This document shows, one piece after another, positions 25,007-35,902 of a stretch of 64,000 bases of DNA; position 1 is the stretch's first letter, and every line of letters starts with the position of its first letter. A model generated the notes under the pieces. The model did no database searches. It saw only the letters and a program-made list of their open reading frames with translations, and was not told the DNA's origin. The stretch is from an uncultured virus (IMG/VR IMGVR_UViG_3300011815_000001) (Duplodnaviria > Heunggongvirae > Uroviricota > Caudoviricetes): the IMG/VR virus record IMGVR_UViG_3300011815_000001, one strand, 5' to 3'. A program made the translations under genes and the position numbers.

Positions 25007-26462
25007 CGGGAGGAATTACAATGTATAAAAAGTATAGAATTGAGTATCACTTGGCTAATAGAATGTTAGTTAAAATACTGGACTTTGAAGGTTATGATGA
25101 TGCGCTCAGTCATGTGAAAAAGGAATACGAAGAAGGATTTCACACTATTTATAATGGAAGAATACAATTAATTCCTAGCAGTAAAGTTATTTATTTTGAT
25201 ATCCAAGATAATAAAGAATACCTTGAGAAACAAAAGAAAATTAATGAATTGACATTTTAAAGGGGAGTAAATAATGAACTTTCATGAATTTATGTTGGAA
25301 AATGAATCAGTAATCGGCAAGCAGATTTGGATTACAGATTATCGGAGAGGTAAAAGTGGAGGATATGTTCGTCACGTTCCACCTACATTAGTAGAAGTAA
25401 CTTCTAATTCTGAGCTACCTAAGAACAAGCGGATATACTATTCAGATGTACATTTCCGTAAAATTAAGAATGGGAAAGTAAGTAAAGAAATTCACGCTCC
25501 TTATGACAATACAGGCTATCGTAGCTATACGGGAGTTAGTGTAAATATCTTTTATACATATGAGGAAGCTGTGCAGAAGTACAATGAGCAAATCGATGAG
25601 ATGATTGATTCGTATAACACGGAAATAAAGGGTATTTATACTGAGATTGATGACATTAGAAATAAGAAAATCGAATAAAACATGACTTTGAATGAGTTTC
25701 TAAAGGAGGAAAATAATCATATGGAAGTAGAATTATTCTTTAAAGGTAAGTCGATGGGTAAGTTACAGGGATTAAATACTGAAACACCTAAAATTGAAAA
25801 GAAATATGAAGTAGAAATTACAACCAAAGAAGGCGAAGTATTCACTGTACATACAAACAAATTAATAATGGATGAAGAAAGCGGTATGGCTGAGATTGAT
25901 AATGCAACATTTTCAGGGGTAGTGATAAATAATGAATCTTGAGCAACAGGCATTAAAGGTAACTAGAAGCACACTGTCATACAGATTGCTTGAATTACAT
26001 ATCGCATGGAGACGAGCGTTCTATGGACTGTATCATGATAAAACTACGCAATTGGTTCGGAAACGTAACCTGATTGATTTCGAAACGATCCAACAGGTAA
26101 GAGAAAATAATAAAATATTACATAATAAAAAGGAGAATGAATAGTATGAATGGATGGTTTATCACTTTAATTGTTCTTTACGCAATGAAATTAGGAGCTC
26201 ATCTACATAAACATGGTCAGAAACCAGAAGAAAACGTAAAATACAACTTCTGGTTGGCGCTATTTAATGTGGTGCTGTATATGGGATTAATTTATATGGC
26301 AATTAAAACAGGATTTTAAGTAATTTTAATACATATACCACTACTCAGCCTCTGCAAATACAGTTATATCAACGTTTGTAGAGGTTGTTTTTCTCAATCA
26401 AAGAGGAATCTTATTGGAATTCAGTATTGATGAAAATATTTGGAAATTTATTATAAAAATAG

Positions 26463-26492
26463 TTGACTATTTAATAATTAATATTGTATAAT
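26463..26492 (+). promoter_or_regulatory. SigA-type promoter
   Basis: TTGACT-18 bp-TATAAT overlapping ATATTGTATAA. Confidence 0.6.
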
Positions 26493-26804
26493 TTATTTAA
26501 GTTAAGAATACATATTAAAGAGGTGGTTTAATGAAAAGACTTCGAGCCATTGTTGATTGGCTCATCTATTTAGCGGATCGGATTATTAAGTGATTGAACC
26601 CAAATTGTTTTATAACTAGAGACTAAGAGGTGATTGTATGTTAATGTTCCAAAGATCATTTGACCACTATACGGAAATGATTAAATATTTGCTTCGATGC
26701 CAAGTGGATAAAGCTGATTTTAAATTTGAAAAAGGAAAATGGATTTTAAATACGGTAAAGTTTGATAAAAACTAAATTTTTACATGTGGCAAGGAGACTG
26801 CTAA

Positions 26805-26924
26805 ATGATTAAAACGCCGCTTTGGTGTACGAAATGTGAAAAGTGGACTACCCAATATAATTTTTTGAAAATGATTCACTATGAATGTGGTTGCAAAGTA
26901 AATTCTTATTACAGTAAAGTATAG
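26805..26924 (+). CDS. 39-aa Cys-rich microprotein (MIKTPLWCTKCEKWTTQYNFLKMIHYECGCKVNSYYSKV)
   Basis: AAGGAG RBS, CxxC and CxC motifs; below the ORF-track size cutoff. Confidence 0.55.
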   Translation: MIKTPLWCTKCEKWTTQYNFLKMIHYECGCKVNSYYSKV

Positions 26925-27467
26925 TGCGTAATTGAGCCAGACTGTGAAATAAGGGGAGTTGAGCAAAATGTATAAATTAGAAGATGTGAAATTCGGTGCT
27001 ATGGTAATTCATCAAGGAGTTAATCCTAGTGTTAGTTTGTCTAAGAAAGAATTTGATTGGCTTATTGAACAAGCTGAAAAATATATTCAAATAGAACAAG
27101 CATGGAGCGAGTACCAAGATAAAGAAACCTTATTCTTCTTACGAAAATGTAAACAAGTAATTGAAAATGTAGAAATACCTAAGAGAAAAAGTATGTTTTA
27201 ATCCATAATTCGAAATTAAAACCAAATAAAATGATTCATTTATTTGAAAATAGAAAGGAAGATGGGATGTCTACATATAAAGAAGAAAGTCAAGAAACGT
27301 TAATATTAGCTATTCCAAGCAAAGGGAGAACTAGATATCGCTTATCTTCATTGCTTAATTACTGTCTAGAAAATGAGAAGGAGCTTGAAGAGTTAACCGA
27401 TGAGGAAAAGGCGCAGTTTGTTATTGTAGAGAATTAATAATTTATATTAGATAATGGAGGGTTATAA

Positions 27468-28310
27468 TTGATTTTAATTAATGGAGAAGAAGTTGTGTTC
27501 AAGAAATTCCCAAACAATGAGACAAAATTAATTCATGATAATTTAATTGGATTACCTGAAAGTGGTGTAATTTCATTTAAATATGAGGACGATTCGGATT
27601 TAATTAAGCTATTTTTACTAAAGCATTATTTAGATGAACATTACCTTGACATTAGTAATGACTATCACCTACTGATTTATTACATGCCGTACTCTAGGAT
27701 GGATAGAAGCGAGGACGAATCACCATTTACACTGCGTTATGTGAGCCGATTAATTAACTCACTTGGATTTAAAGCTGTGTCTATTGTTGAACCACATTCC
27801 AATGTTACGACTGCATTAATTGATAATTCCAATGCGCTATATGTAAATGAAAGATTAGTGAAAATAGTAATTGAAGAATTAAATCTTGATATGAATTCCG
27901 ACTATATTATGTACCCAGATGCAGGAGCCTCAAGTCGATATAAGAATTTTAAATATCCCAATGTCATCATAGGAAATAAGCAAAGAGATTTCTCAACAGG
28001 AGATATTAAAGGGTTACAGCTAATTGGAGATATTAAACATAACTCAAAACGAGTGTTAATTGTGGATGATTTAAGTTCTTATGGTGGAACTTTCGTACAA
28101 TCAGCTAAGAAATTACGTGAACATGGATTTAAAGAGGTTTACTTACTGATCGCACATGCGGAAAATTCAATTTTTAAAGGAGAGCTATTCGAACATATTG
28201 ATAAAGTATTTGCAACAGACAGTATTCTTACTGAACAGAGCAACTGGGAAAACAAGAAATTCGAATCACAATTACATATTTATAAGATTGAAGATATTGT
28301 TAAAAAATAA
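27468..28310 (+). CDS. Ribose-phosphate pyrophosphokinase-like protein (Adps-like, NARP1)
   Basis: FPNNET, YMPYSRMDR, EPHS, YPDAGA and IVDDLSSYGGTF PRTase motifs; directly upstream of the Nampt-like gene. Confidence 0.85.
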   Translation: MILINGEEVVFKKFPNNETKLIHDNLIGLPESGVISFKYEDDSDLIKLFLLKHYLDEHYLDISNDYHLLIYYMPYSRMDRSEDESPFTLRYVSRLINSLGFKAVSIVEPHSNVTTALIDNSNALYVNERLVKIVIEELNLDMNSDYIMYPDAGASSRYKNFKYPNVIIGNKQRDFSTGDIKGLQLIGDIKHNSKRVLIVDDLSSYGGTFVQSAKKLREHGFKEVYLLIAHAENSIFKGELFEHIDKVFATDSILTEQSNWENKKFESQLHIYKIEDIVKK

Positions 28311-28332
28311 TAACTAAAAGGGGATTAATAAT

Positions 28333-30099
28333 ATGAAAAACTTTTTACCTGCAACACTTATTTGTGATTTCTACAAAGTATCGCATAAGGAGCTCTACCC
28401 AGAAGGAACGGAAATAATTTATTCAACATTCACTCCACGCTCAAATAAATACTTTCCTATTGCCGATGAGGTAGTAGTATTTGGAATTCAAGGTTTTATT
28501 AAAAAATACTTAATCAACTACTTTAACGAACACTTCTTTAACAGACCAAAAGAAGATGTGGTTAATGAGTATGAACGAGTAATTAAATACACTTTAGGTG
28601 AACAATATGTGGATTCTACTCATATCGCAGAATTACATGACTTAGGATATTTACCTATCAAGGTTCAAGCATTAGAAGAGGGAACATTAGCTCCAATTAA
28701 AGTACCAGTATTAACAATTGAAAATACTAATCCTAAATTCTTTTGGTTAACTAATTATTTGGAAACAATTATTTCTACAGAAACTTGGCAAGCTATGACA
28801 TCTGCAACTATTTCACATCAATACCGAAAACTTTTAGACGAATATGCAATCAAAACAGTTGGTAATACAGATGGAGTGGATTTCCAAGGACATGATTTTA
28901 GTATGAGGGGGCTATCAAGCGTTGAATCTGCAATGCTAAGTGGAGCAGGACATCTACTATCATTTACAGGCACAGATACTATTCCTGCGATCATTTATTT
29001 AGAAGAATTCTATGGCGGAAATATTGAGAATGAACTAATTGGAGCATCAATTCCAGCCACTGAGCATTCTATTATGTCATCATACACTTCGGCAGACGGA
29101 GAGCGAGATGAATATGAAGCATATAAACGAATTATTACAGAAATTCATCCGAACGGTTTTGTAAGTATTGTTTCTGATACATACGATTTCTGGAAGGTAA
29201 TTACTGAAACAATTCCGTCATTAAAAGAGGAGATCATGAATCGGAATGGTCGAGTAGTTATTCGCCCTGACAGTGGAAATCCCGTTGATATTTTATGTGG
29301 AAAAAGTAATTATAATGTTGATTTAACAAATGAATACGACGGTAACATTGAAGATTTAGAAGATTACATTTACGACATTGCTCATGAATGGGCAAGCAAT
29401 GATTGCGAAGGATCACATAACTGCGGATCAGAAGAATATACGGTTAAATTTAAAGTAAATGATAAATTGTATAAAGTTAATGTTGGATTCAGTTACAATC
29501 GACACGATAAAACTTACTATTATGTAGAAAGACAAGGTTATGAAGATGAAGGAGTTCAATGGAACACTCTTAAGGAAATTGAAATTAAGGCAGAAGATAA
29601 AGGTTTAATTGAATGTCTATGGGATAGTTTCGGAGGTACGGTATCTGAACAAGGGTACAAGGTATTGGATTCTCATATTGGAGCTATTTACGGAGATTCA
29701 ATTACTTATGAACGAGCAAAAGAAATATGCGAACGCTTAGAAGAAAAAGGTTTTGCATCGATAAATGTTGTCTATGGTATCGGTTCATATACATTCCAAC
29801 ATAATACTAGGGACACTTTTGGATTTGCTATGAAAGCTACTTATGCAGAGATTAATGGTAAGCCACAGTTGTTATTTAAAGACCCTAAAACAGATGATGG
29901 AACTAAACGCAGTCAACGAGGCAAGGTTCGAGTGTTTACCAAAGATGGTCAAATTACAATGAAAGATGGTTATGGAAATTCAACAATTGATAATGCTTCA
30001 TTAGATTTGAACTTATTAGATGTTGTATTTGAAAACGGTAAATTGACTCGTGAGCAATCATTGACAGAAATTCGTGAAAAACTAAAGTCAAATCGTTAA
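28333..30099 (+). CDS. Nicotinamide phosphoribosyltransferase-like protein (NadV/Namat-like, NARP1)
   Basis: DFYKVSH, HDFSMRG, PATEHS, SIVSDTYD, IRPDSG, IYGDSIT and KDPKTDDG motifs. Confidence 0.9.
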   Translation: MKNFLPATLICDFYKVSHKELYPEGTEIIYSTFTPRSNKYFPIADEVVVFGIQGFIKKYLINYFNEHFFNRPKEDVVNEYERVIKYTLGEQYVDSTHIAELHDLGYLPIKVQALEEGTLAPIKVPVLTIENTNPKFFWLTNYLETIISTETWQAMTSATISHQYRKLLDEYAIKTVGNTDGVDFQGHDFSMRGLSSVESAMLSGAGHLLSFTGTDTIPAIIYLEEFYGGNIENELIGASIPATEHSIMSSYTSADGERDEYEAYKRIITEIHPNGFVSIVSDTYDFWKVITETIPSLKEEIMNRNGRVVIRPDSGNPVDILCGKSNYNVDLTNEYDGNIEDLEDYIYDIAHEWASNDCEGSHNCGSEEYTVKFKVNDKLYKVNVGFSYNRHDKTYYYVERQGYEDEGVQWNTLKEIEIKAEDKGLIECLWDSFGGTVSEQGYKVLDSHIGAIYGDSITYERAKEICERLEEKGFASINVVYGIGSYTFQHNTRDTFGFAMKATYAEINGKPQLLFKDPKTDDGTKRSQRGKVRVFTKDGQITMKDGYGNSTIDNASLDLNLLDVVFENGKLTREQSLTEIREKLKSNR

Positions 30100-31710
30100 T
30101 GTGAAAAAGTTAGTTTGATTTGAAATTAAAAGGAGGAATATGATAGATGGTAAAATATAAAATTATATATGAACGCACAGCTTTACATGAGATGATTGTT
30201 GAGGCTAATTCCAAAGAGGAAGCTAAAAGGAAGTATGAAGACTTTGATGTGATTAGTGATGAGGAACAGCATGGTCTGAGTGAATCCATTCAGAATATCT
30301 TTGAACTAAAGGAGAAGTGATTATGAAATCAATGGATAAATTTTATTGCCCACATTGTTCTCATTTATATGAGGAGATTCAGGATTATGGATTTGATAAT
30401 GGTGAAATGATCGGTGAATTTAAAATGGATTGCGAAATCTGTGATAAAGAATTTAGAGTCGTGTTTAATACAGTTATTTATTTTGAGACAGATAAATAGG
30501 GACTCAAATAAAACAAAAATTTGATTGGGATTACTAAATAAAAAGAGGTGTGAGAATGAAATTTAAAGTAAGCGTCGTTAAAGAAGTCATCATTGAATTA
30601 GATGAACAATACTACGATAAGAACTTTCTAAATGATATTCGAGGCTATTGGCAAGGATTAAATGGTTATGATGATGAAGATGTATTGGAATGGATGGCTG
30701 AGCATATTGGAGAGAGCGTTTCTAGGGGTATGAGTGTGTCGGAAATTGAAGGTGTTCACATTAATAAAGATGCTCACAAGGTAATTAACATAAGTGGATA
30801 CACAGAAATAGAAAATATTACATAAAGAAGGGGATGTATTAATGAATTTATACGCAATTAAATTTACACATTACTCACAGAAAGACAATGAGACTGGAAT
30901 AATTACATACGCAATCGCTAAAAATGATGAGCAGGTTTATGAATGGATTAAATCAGAGCCAAGAGATGAGGATTGGTCGGTATATAATTCATGGAAATAT
31001 AACGAAGAAGATGGAATTGAATATGATTTATATGATGAGAAAATCAATTACGTAGGAAAAATTTCATTTAAGGATTACATCATCTCTATCGGTGGAGAAA
31101 TGCATAGTGAATACGCAAATTATGATGACTTATACTACGGAAAAACCTATTACGGCTGGGACTTAATTAATGAAAATATACAAGATTATCAAGTTGATGC
31201 GTTAACTGAAACAATTGGATTAGTTGATATTGGAGGATACTTCAAATAAAAGGAAACTTTGATAGGAAATAGGAGGAAAACTATGAGTAGTAAAATATTG
31301 GACAAAATTGAGGAGTATAAAAAGGAAATTAAATTATTAGAAGATTATCTGAAATACACTCACCACTCCAAAAAAGTCGATAAATTAAAACGAAAAATAA
31401 AAAGTTTACAGAGAGATATTCATCTTTTTAAGGAAGTAATTAAAAAGTATTGATGATAATACATAAAGGAGAGTGTTTATGAAGAAAATTAATTTTCGTT
31501 TAACAGATACTAACGGTAATACACTTGAGGAGAAACAACTGTCAATTGGAGACGGTGATAAATTAATTATGCAATACGACATGTCAACATTAAATGCAGA
31601 AACGGCAACAGCAGTGTATGAAATTATCAAAGATGCTCTAGAAAATGATGACAAACTTTTCGCAATTCCAAAAGGGATCGAGCTACAGGTATTACGAGTA
31701 AAATAATTTA

Positions 31711-31824
31711 AATTTGCCGAAAAAGGGTTAGCAGTAGGCGCGCGACAGACCAGTAACCCTGCTCTTACGTCAGTAAGAAACACCCAAGCTAGTAATAGTT
31801 GTACGCTGTTAGGTTGCTCGAATT
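31711..31824. ncRNA. Candidate structured non-coding RNA or element
   Basis: GC-rich intergenic stretch with stems AGGGTTA/TAACCCT, TCTTAC/GTAAGA and CAAGCTA-GTAA-TAGTTG; family not recognised. Confidence 0.35.
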
Positions 31825-31872
31825 AATCAAATGACGCTTTTAATGAAATGGAATTGCAAGGAGGAGTAATAA

Positions 31873-32451
31873 TTGAATTTAACTAAAGAACAATGGAAGC
31901 AAGCATTACAGGAGAATAAGGACTACTGGGTGGTTCTAAATTTGGGTAACAGTATTAAAAAGTGTAAGCTATCTACTTATCATAATATGATTGTTTTAGA
32001 TGAGTATTCGGTGAAGAGCATTTCTCAGGGAGTCGATCTAAAGGATTTATTTGCTACATATGATGACGCTGTAGAAAGACAGCAAGCATTACTAAAACTT
32101 TATAAAGAAACATTCCAACGGAGACCTTATGTGAATGAAATTAAATTACTTAATAATTTAAAAGGTTTTATTGAGGTGGAAAATCAAATTGTAAACGCAC
32201 TAAAGGATTACTCCAATTTTGATGGAATCGATTTTTGCGATGTATCAGCGAACGGGTTCCAAATTCGAGGACATCATAAATTAGTACAAGGTTATGTTTT
32301 TGGAAGCCAGCCTACAATTAAATATGACTTTTCAAACTCCAGTGAGTGTGTCGAAGAATTTATTAAGATGTGGAAAGAAAAAGATAGACTAGAATACTTA
32401 AATCAATATAAGTCATTCTTAGCTAATGGAGAACGATGGGGTTGGGACTAG
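31873..32451 (+). CDS. Hypothetical phage protein (192 aa)
   Basis: AGGAGGAG RBS with TTG start. Confidence 0.7.
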   Translation: MNLTKEQWKQALQENKDYWVVLNLGNSIKKCKLSTYHNMIVLDEYSVKSISQGVDLKDLFATYDDAVERQQALLKLYKETFQRRPYVNEIKLLNNLKGFIEVENQIVNALKDYSNFDGIDFCDVSANGFQIRGHHKLVQGYVFGSQPTIKYDFSNSSECVEEFIKMWKEKDRLEYLNQYKSFLANGERWGWD

Positions 32452-32493
32452 AGTATTATTTAAAGTTCGAATAATTTTTATTGTATAAATAAT

Positions 32494-32522
32494 TTGACTG
32501 TTTTGATAAGCTGTGATATTAT
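32494..32522 (+). promoter_or_regulatory. SigA-type extended -10 promoter at the start of a ~500 bp non-coding control region
   Basis: TTGACT-17 bp-(TG)A-TATTAT. Confidence 0.6.
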
Positions 32523-32901
32523 TTTACTTAATATATGAAAGCATAATTCTTGCAATTAAAAAGAAGTTATGCCTTAGAAAAATTTATAAAAATTGTATTA
32601 CATACTATGACTATATTACTATATTTAAACTGAATAGGGAATTGGAATTTTATTACAGGTAAACACTGTTTATCATAAATTTACTACTTTATGTCACTTT
32701 TTAGCTAAGTTGAGTGGATAATTACCAGTCCCCCGAATTAAAATAGTGGTAATAAAATCAAACCGTGGTACAATTATCATAATGTTTTAAGGGGGTTTAT
32801 TGGAATTCTGGTTTATTTAGGGCGAAGTTACCAATAATTACTATGTCTGTTGCTAATGTTTTTGAAAATTAAAATGCATTTTTTCTGACTATTATTAATA
32901 T

Positions 32902-32915
32902 AGAACATTTGTTCG
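32902..32915. promoter_or_regulatory. LexA (SOS) box overlapping a promoter
   Basis: AGAACATTTGTTCG versus the Bacillota consensus CGAACRNRYGTTCG; overlaps -35 TAGAAC (32901), 17 bp from TG-A-TAATAT (32924). Confidence 0.75.
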
Positions 32916-32962
32916 TTTTATGATAATATAAGAGATAGATAATCGCACAGGGAGATGACCAA

Positions 32963-33226
32963 ATGGAAAAGGTAGAGGCTATGGAATACTTCACAAAGTT
33001 AAAACAATTAAAGGAAGAGCTTGAAACTCTAATAATGGACTTGGAACAAACTTTTTTGGATAGTACATACTTGTATAAAGGAGTTAACATCTTTGTAAAT
33101 CAAATCGATTTCGATACGGGTCATGTGATTATTGAATCCTGTGATGGGGGAATGGTATTCCATAGCAACACCGACTGTATAACAAGTGTTACATTTGAGG
33201 ATTTTGTCTTTTCGTGTCTAGAATAG
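32963..33226 (+). CDS. Putative SOS-inducible acidic 87-aa protein
   Basis: GGGAG RBS, monocistronic between the LexA-boxed promoter and a terminator. Confidence 0.7.
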   Translation: MEKVEAMEYFTKLKQLKEELETLIMDLEQTFLDSTYLYKGVNIFVNQIDFDTGHVIIESCDGGMVFHSNTDCITSVTFEDFVFSCLE

Positions 33227-33240
33227 AATATTGAATAACT

Positions 33241-33265
33241 ACACCTACAGAAATGTAGGTGTTTT
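33241..33265 (+). terminator. Intrinsic terminator
   Basis: ACACCTACA-GAAA-TGTAGGTGT-TTT. Confidence 0.8.
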
Positions 33266-33295
33266 CGGTGTTTAAATAATTTATATTGAATAATG

Positions 33296-33323
33296 TTGAC
33301 TTATTATGTATATACTATATAAT
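33296..33323 (+). promoter_or_regulatory. SigA-type promoter of the recombinase/repressor operon
   Basis: TTGACT...TATAAT preceded by ATATTGAATAA (33283). Confidence 0.6.
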
Positions 33324-33363
33324 AAAAATATATAGTTAATTAAACGAAACAAACATAAAGGAG

Positions 33364-34500
33364 ATGACATCTATGTCAACGAACATTTTGAATAAAATAA
33401 ACATTGAGAAGCCGATTTTAAATAACGACAACCTAATTAATCTTTATGAAACTTTAGAAAAGGAAATTGAGGAGTTCCTCTTTTATCATAAAAAGAATTC
33501 AGTTGCCACATATAACTCATACAAGAGTGACATAAAGCGACTAGCTCAAACATTATTTGATCGTGAACACTACAAACATATCTCAAAAGAACAGATTCAA
33601 GGATTCAGTGTAAGTGACTTAGTTCACTACTTTGACATGTGTTATCTAGAAGTAGATGAAGACGGAGAAAACCTGTATACAAATAGCACAGTTAATCGCT
33701 GGATTAGTTCATTGCGAAGTCTTATCAAGTTTTTAGAAGGAAGAAAACATATTAAATATGATATCCATGAATTAAATGAACGTCTAAAGAAATTGCCTGA
33801 CGACAGTATCGCAATTGACGTTCTATCAAATGAAGATACCGACCGATGTCTTGAGTATTTTAAAACGTTGAAGCTAGGTGAAGTAATGTATAACTTGGGA
33901 AACCTGGCAGTTGATACAGGATTGCGCCTTAATGAATTATTAACTTTAGAGTGGAATCAGTTTACTACATTAAGCGAAGATGAAGTACAAATTAGCTCAC
34001 GAGGGAAGAATAGAGGTAAGGGAAACAAATCTTGGAATAAAATTATTTCTACTGAAGTTTACGAAGAATTGTTTAAATTAAAAAAAGAAGGGAATACTAG
34101 AGTGTTTGATATTGGAAGATCAACTGTAGCTAAATATATGAATGAAACGGTTACGCACTTAGGCTTAAATAAAGAAGGTAAGAAATACACGTTCCATAGC
34201 TTTAGGAAAAATTCAGTGACGCATATCTATAAAACACATGGCAATGACATTATAGCGGCTCAAAATTGGGCTAACCACGGCTCTCCTTCCACAACTGCAA
34301 GATACATTAAGTCTAATCAGCTAGGAATGGCAGGGCGTAAAAGTTTAGCGGATAAGGTGGATGAGCAGGCTTATATGAAGGTGTCGCATGAGCAATTGCT
34401 ATCTACACTTTCTGAAATGGATGAAAGTATTTTATACAATTTAAATAAACAGTTGTCGCATTTTGTCGAAAGTGTTACTATTGAGAAAGACATTATTTAG
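33364..34500 (+). CDS. Tyrosine recombinase (YopP-like position) with intact catalytic residues
   Basis: TGLRLNEL, HSFR, ANHGS and TTARY motifs; N-terminal SAM-like core-binding region. Confidence 0.9.
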   Translation: MTSMSTNILNKINIEKPILNNDNLINLYETLEKEIEEFLFYHKKNSVATYNSYKSDIKRLAQTLFDREHYKHISKEQIQGFSVSDLVHYFDMCYLEVDEDGENLYTNSTVNRWISSLRSLIKFLEGRKHIKYDIHELNERLKKLPDDSIAIDVLSNEDTDRCLEYFKTLKLGEVMYNLGNLAVDTGLRLNELLTLEWNQFTTLSEDEVQISSRGKNRGKGNKSWNKIISTEVYEELFKLKKEGNTRVFDIGRSTVAKYMNETVTHLGLNKEGKKYTFHSFRKNSVTHIYKTHGNDIIAAQNWANHGSPSTTARYIKSNQLGMAGRKSLADKVDEQAYMKVSHEQLLSTLSEMDESILYNLNKQLSHFVESVTIEKDII

Positions 34501-34557
34501 TAATGATATAATACTTTACACAAACATTGAAATGGAATAAAATAGCAACAGAGAGGA

Positions 34558-35898
34558 TTGATTTTTATGAAAAGAGGGAAAGACAAAGACCTACTAGTAG
34601 AACATTTGAAAATTTATGTTCCATTATTATTGAATAATAAGAAAATGCTTAATGAGGTTTCTTCTCATTTAGATGAAGTTCATGGAATTGAAAAAGGCTC
34701 TTTATTGTATTTTTTAAGTGACTTTAAAATCCTAATAGATCAAGACGATTTCATAATTGGTTTAATCGCAGAACAAATTAGTCTAAAATTTCCAGAGTCC
34801 CAAAAGGATTTAAATATCGAAGAGTGGTTCAATGCATTTGAAATAAAAGCTATGAGAAACTATGTATACACTAGTCCAATTAGCACTGATGAAATTACTT
34901 TACCATATACTTTTGAAAATGTTACAGATTTGGGTGATGGTGTTTATTGTGTACCAGTTGAGAACAGCGTAATCGCAAGGCTTAGAAAGTATCACATTTT
35001 AAATTACAACTTTGATAATCAACGTGAGGCTAAACTTGTAAGAGTAGGGGATTCATTTAAGAAAATAATGAATATCTTCTATAAGAATATTGAAGAAATG
35101 ATCGACTTAATTCTTAGAAGAAAATTAGTTAAGACTGCCCTAGCTTATAACTGTGTTGTAGATTCAGCAAGTGGAGACCGTGGAGAATTCGCGTTCGATG
35201 AAAAAGACAATACTTTAACTGTTCATGAAGGTACTCAAATAGATGTTATTGATGGAGCACACAGAACTATAGCCTTTTACGAAGCATATAAAGTTAATCC
35301 AGAACTCAAAGGAAAGACTGTTGTTTTCTTTACTAATTATACACCAAAACAAGCTCGATCTTATCAGGCTCAATTAGCTAAACAAACTCCAATTTCAAAA
35401 AAACGTGCAGAACAACTCGAAGAAGATTCTCATACAATCACGTTAATTAATCGTTTAAACTCTGAAGGAGTTTTACAAGACCGAATTTCCCTGGATGATA
35501 GTTACGGAAGTATTGCTGATTCACTTGTTTCTCAAACCGACTTAAAGAATGGATTTAATGAGTTTTGGAAACCTATCACACATAAAGAAATCAGTGTTAT
35601 TATGGAAACCTTCAATGAATACTTAGAAGAATATATTGCTTATTATCATTCAATTTCAAAAGAAGATAGAAATAAATTAGAATTATTCAATCGCAGAATG
35701 TTTATAGGAAATATCATAATTGCTAGAAAAATGTTTGAAGATGACATTCCATTTGAAAAATTGCCTGAGTTCCTTAATAATTATACAGTAGAAGATAATA
35801 AGAAACTTCAAGAATTTAAAGAGAAAATAGTTAAAAATAAGAATGCGAAAAAAACATATAAAGAAATGATGACTTTCTTCGAGAGCTTAATAAGATAA
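34558..35898 (+). CDS. YopQ-like protein with DGQHR/DndB-type ParB-like domain
   Basis: YNFDNQRE and IDVIDGAHRT motifs; lies between the integrase-like and repressor-like genes as in SPbeta. Confidence 0.7.
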   Translation: MIFMKRGKDKDLLVEHLKIYVPLLLNNKKMLNEVSSHLDEVHGIEKGSLLYFLSDFKILIDQDDFIIGLIAEQISLKFPESQKDLNIEEWFNAFEIKAMRNYVYTSPISTDEITLPYTFENVTDLGDGVYCVPVENSVIARLRKYHILNYNFDNQREAKLVRVGDSFKKIMNIFYKNIEEMIDLILRRKLVKTALAYNCVVDSASGDRGEFAFDEKDNTLTVHEGTQIDVIDGAHRTIAFYEAYKVNPELKGKTVVFFTNYTPKQARSYQAQLAKQTPISKKRAEQLEEDSHTITLINRLNSEGVLQDRISLDDSYGSIADSLVSQTDLKNGFNEFWKPITHKEISVIMETFNEYLEEYIAYYHSISKEDRNKLELFNRRMFIGNIIIARKMFEDDIPFEKLPEFLNNYTVEDNKKLQEFKEKIVKNKNAKKTYKEMMTFFESLIR

Positions 35899-35902
35899 AG
35901 AG

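Larger units (their letters stand above)
1680..31706 (+). other. Left array of small co-oriented hypothetical phage genes (mostly 50-200 aa) with interspersed cargo enzymes
   Basis: Tightly packed ORFs, each with a GGAG/GAGG RBS, punctuated by the repeated boundary site. Confidence 0.8.

Noticed and set aside
29296..29427. Possible intein in the Nampt-like gene (C...SHN/C pattern)
   Set aside because: Only about 40 aa between the Cys and HNC, far shorter than a mini-intein, and no block B motif seen
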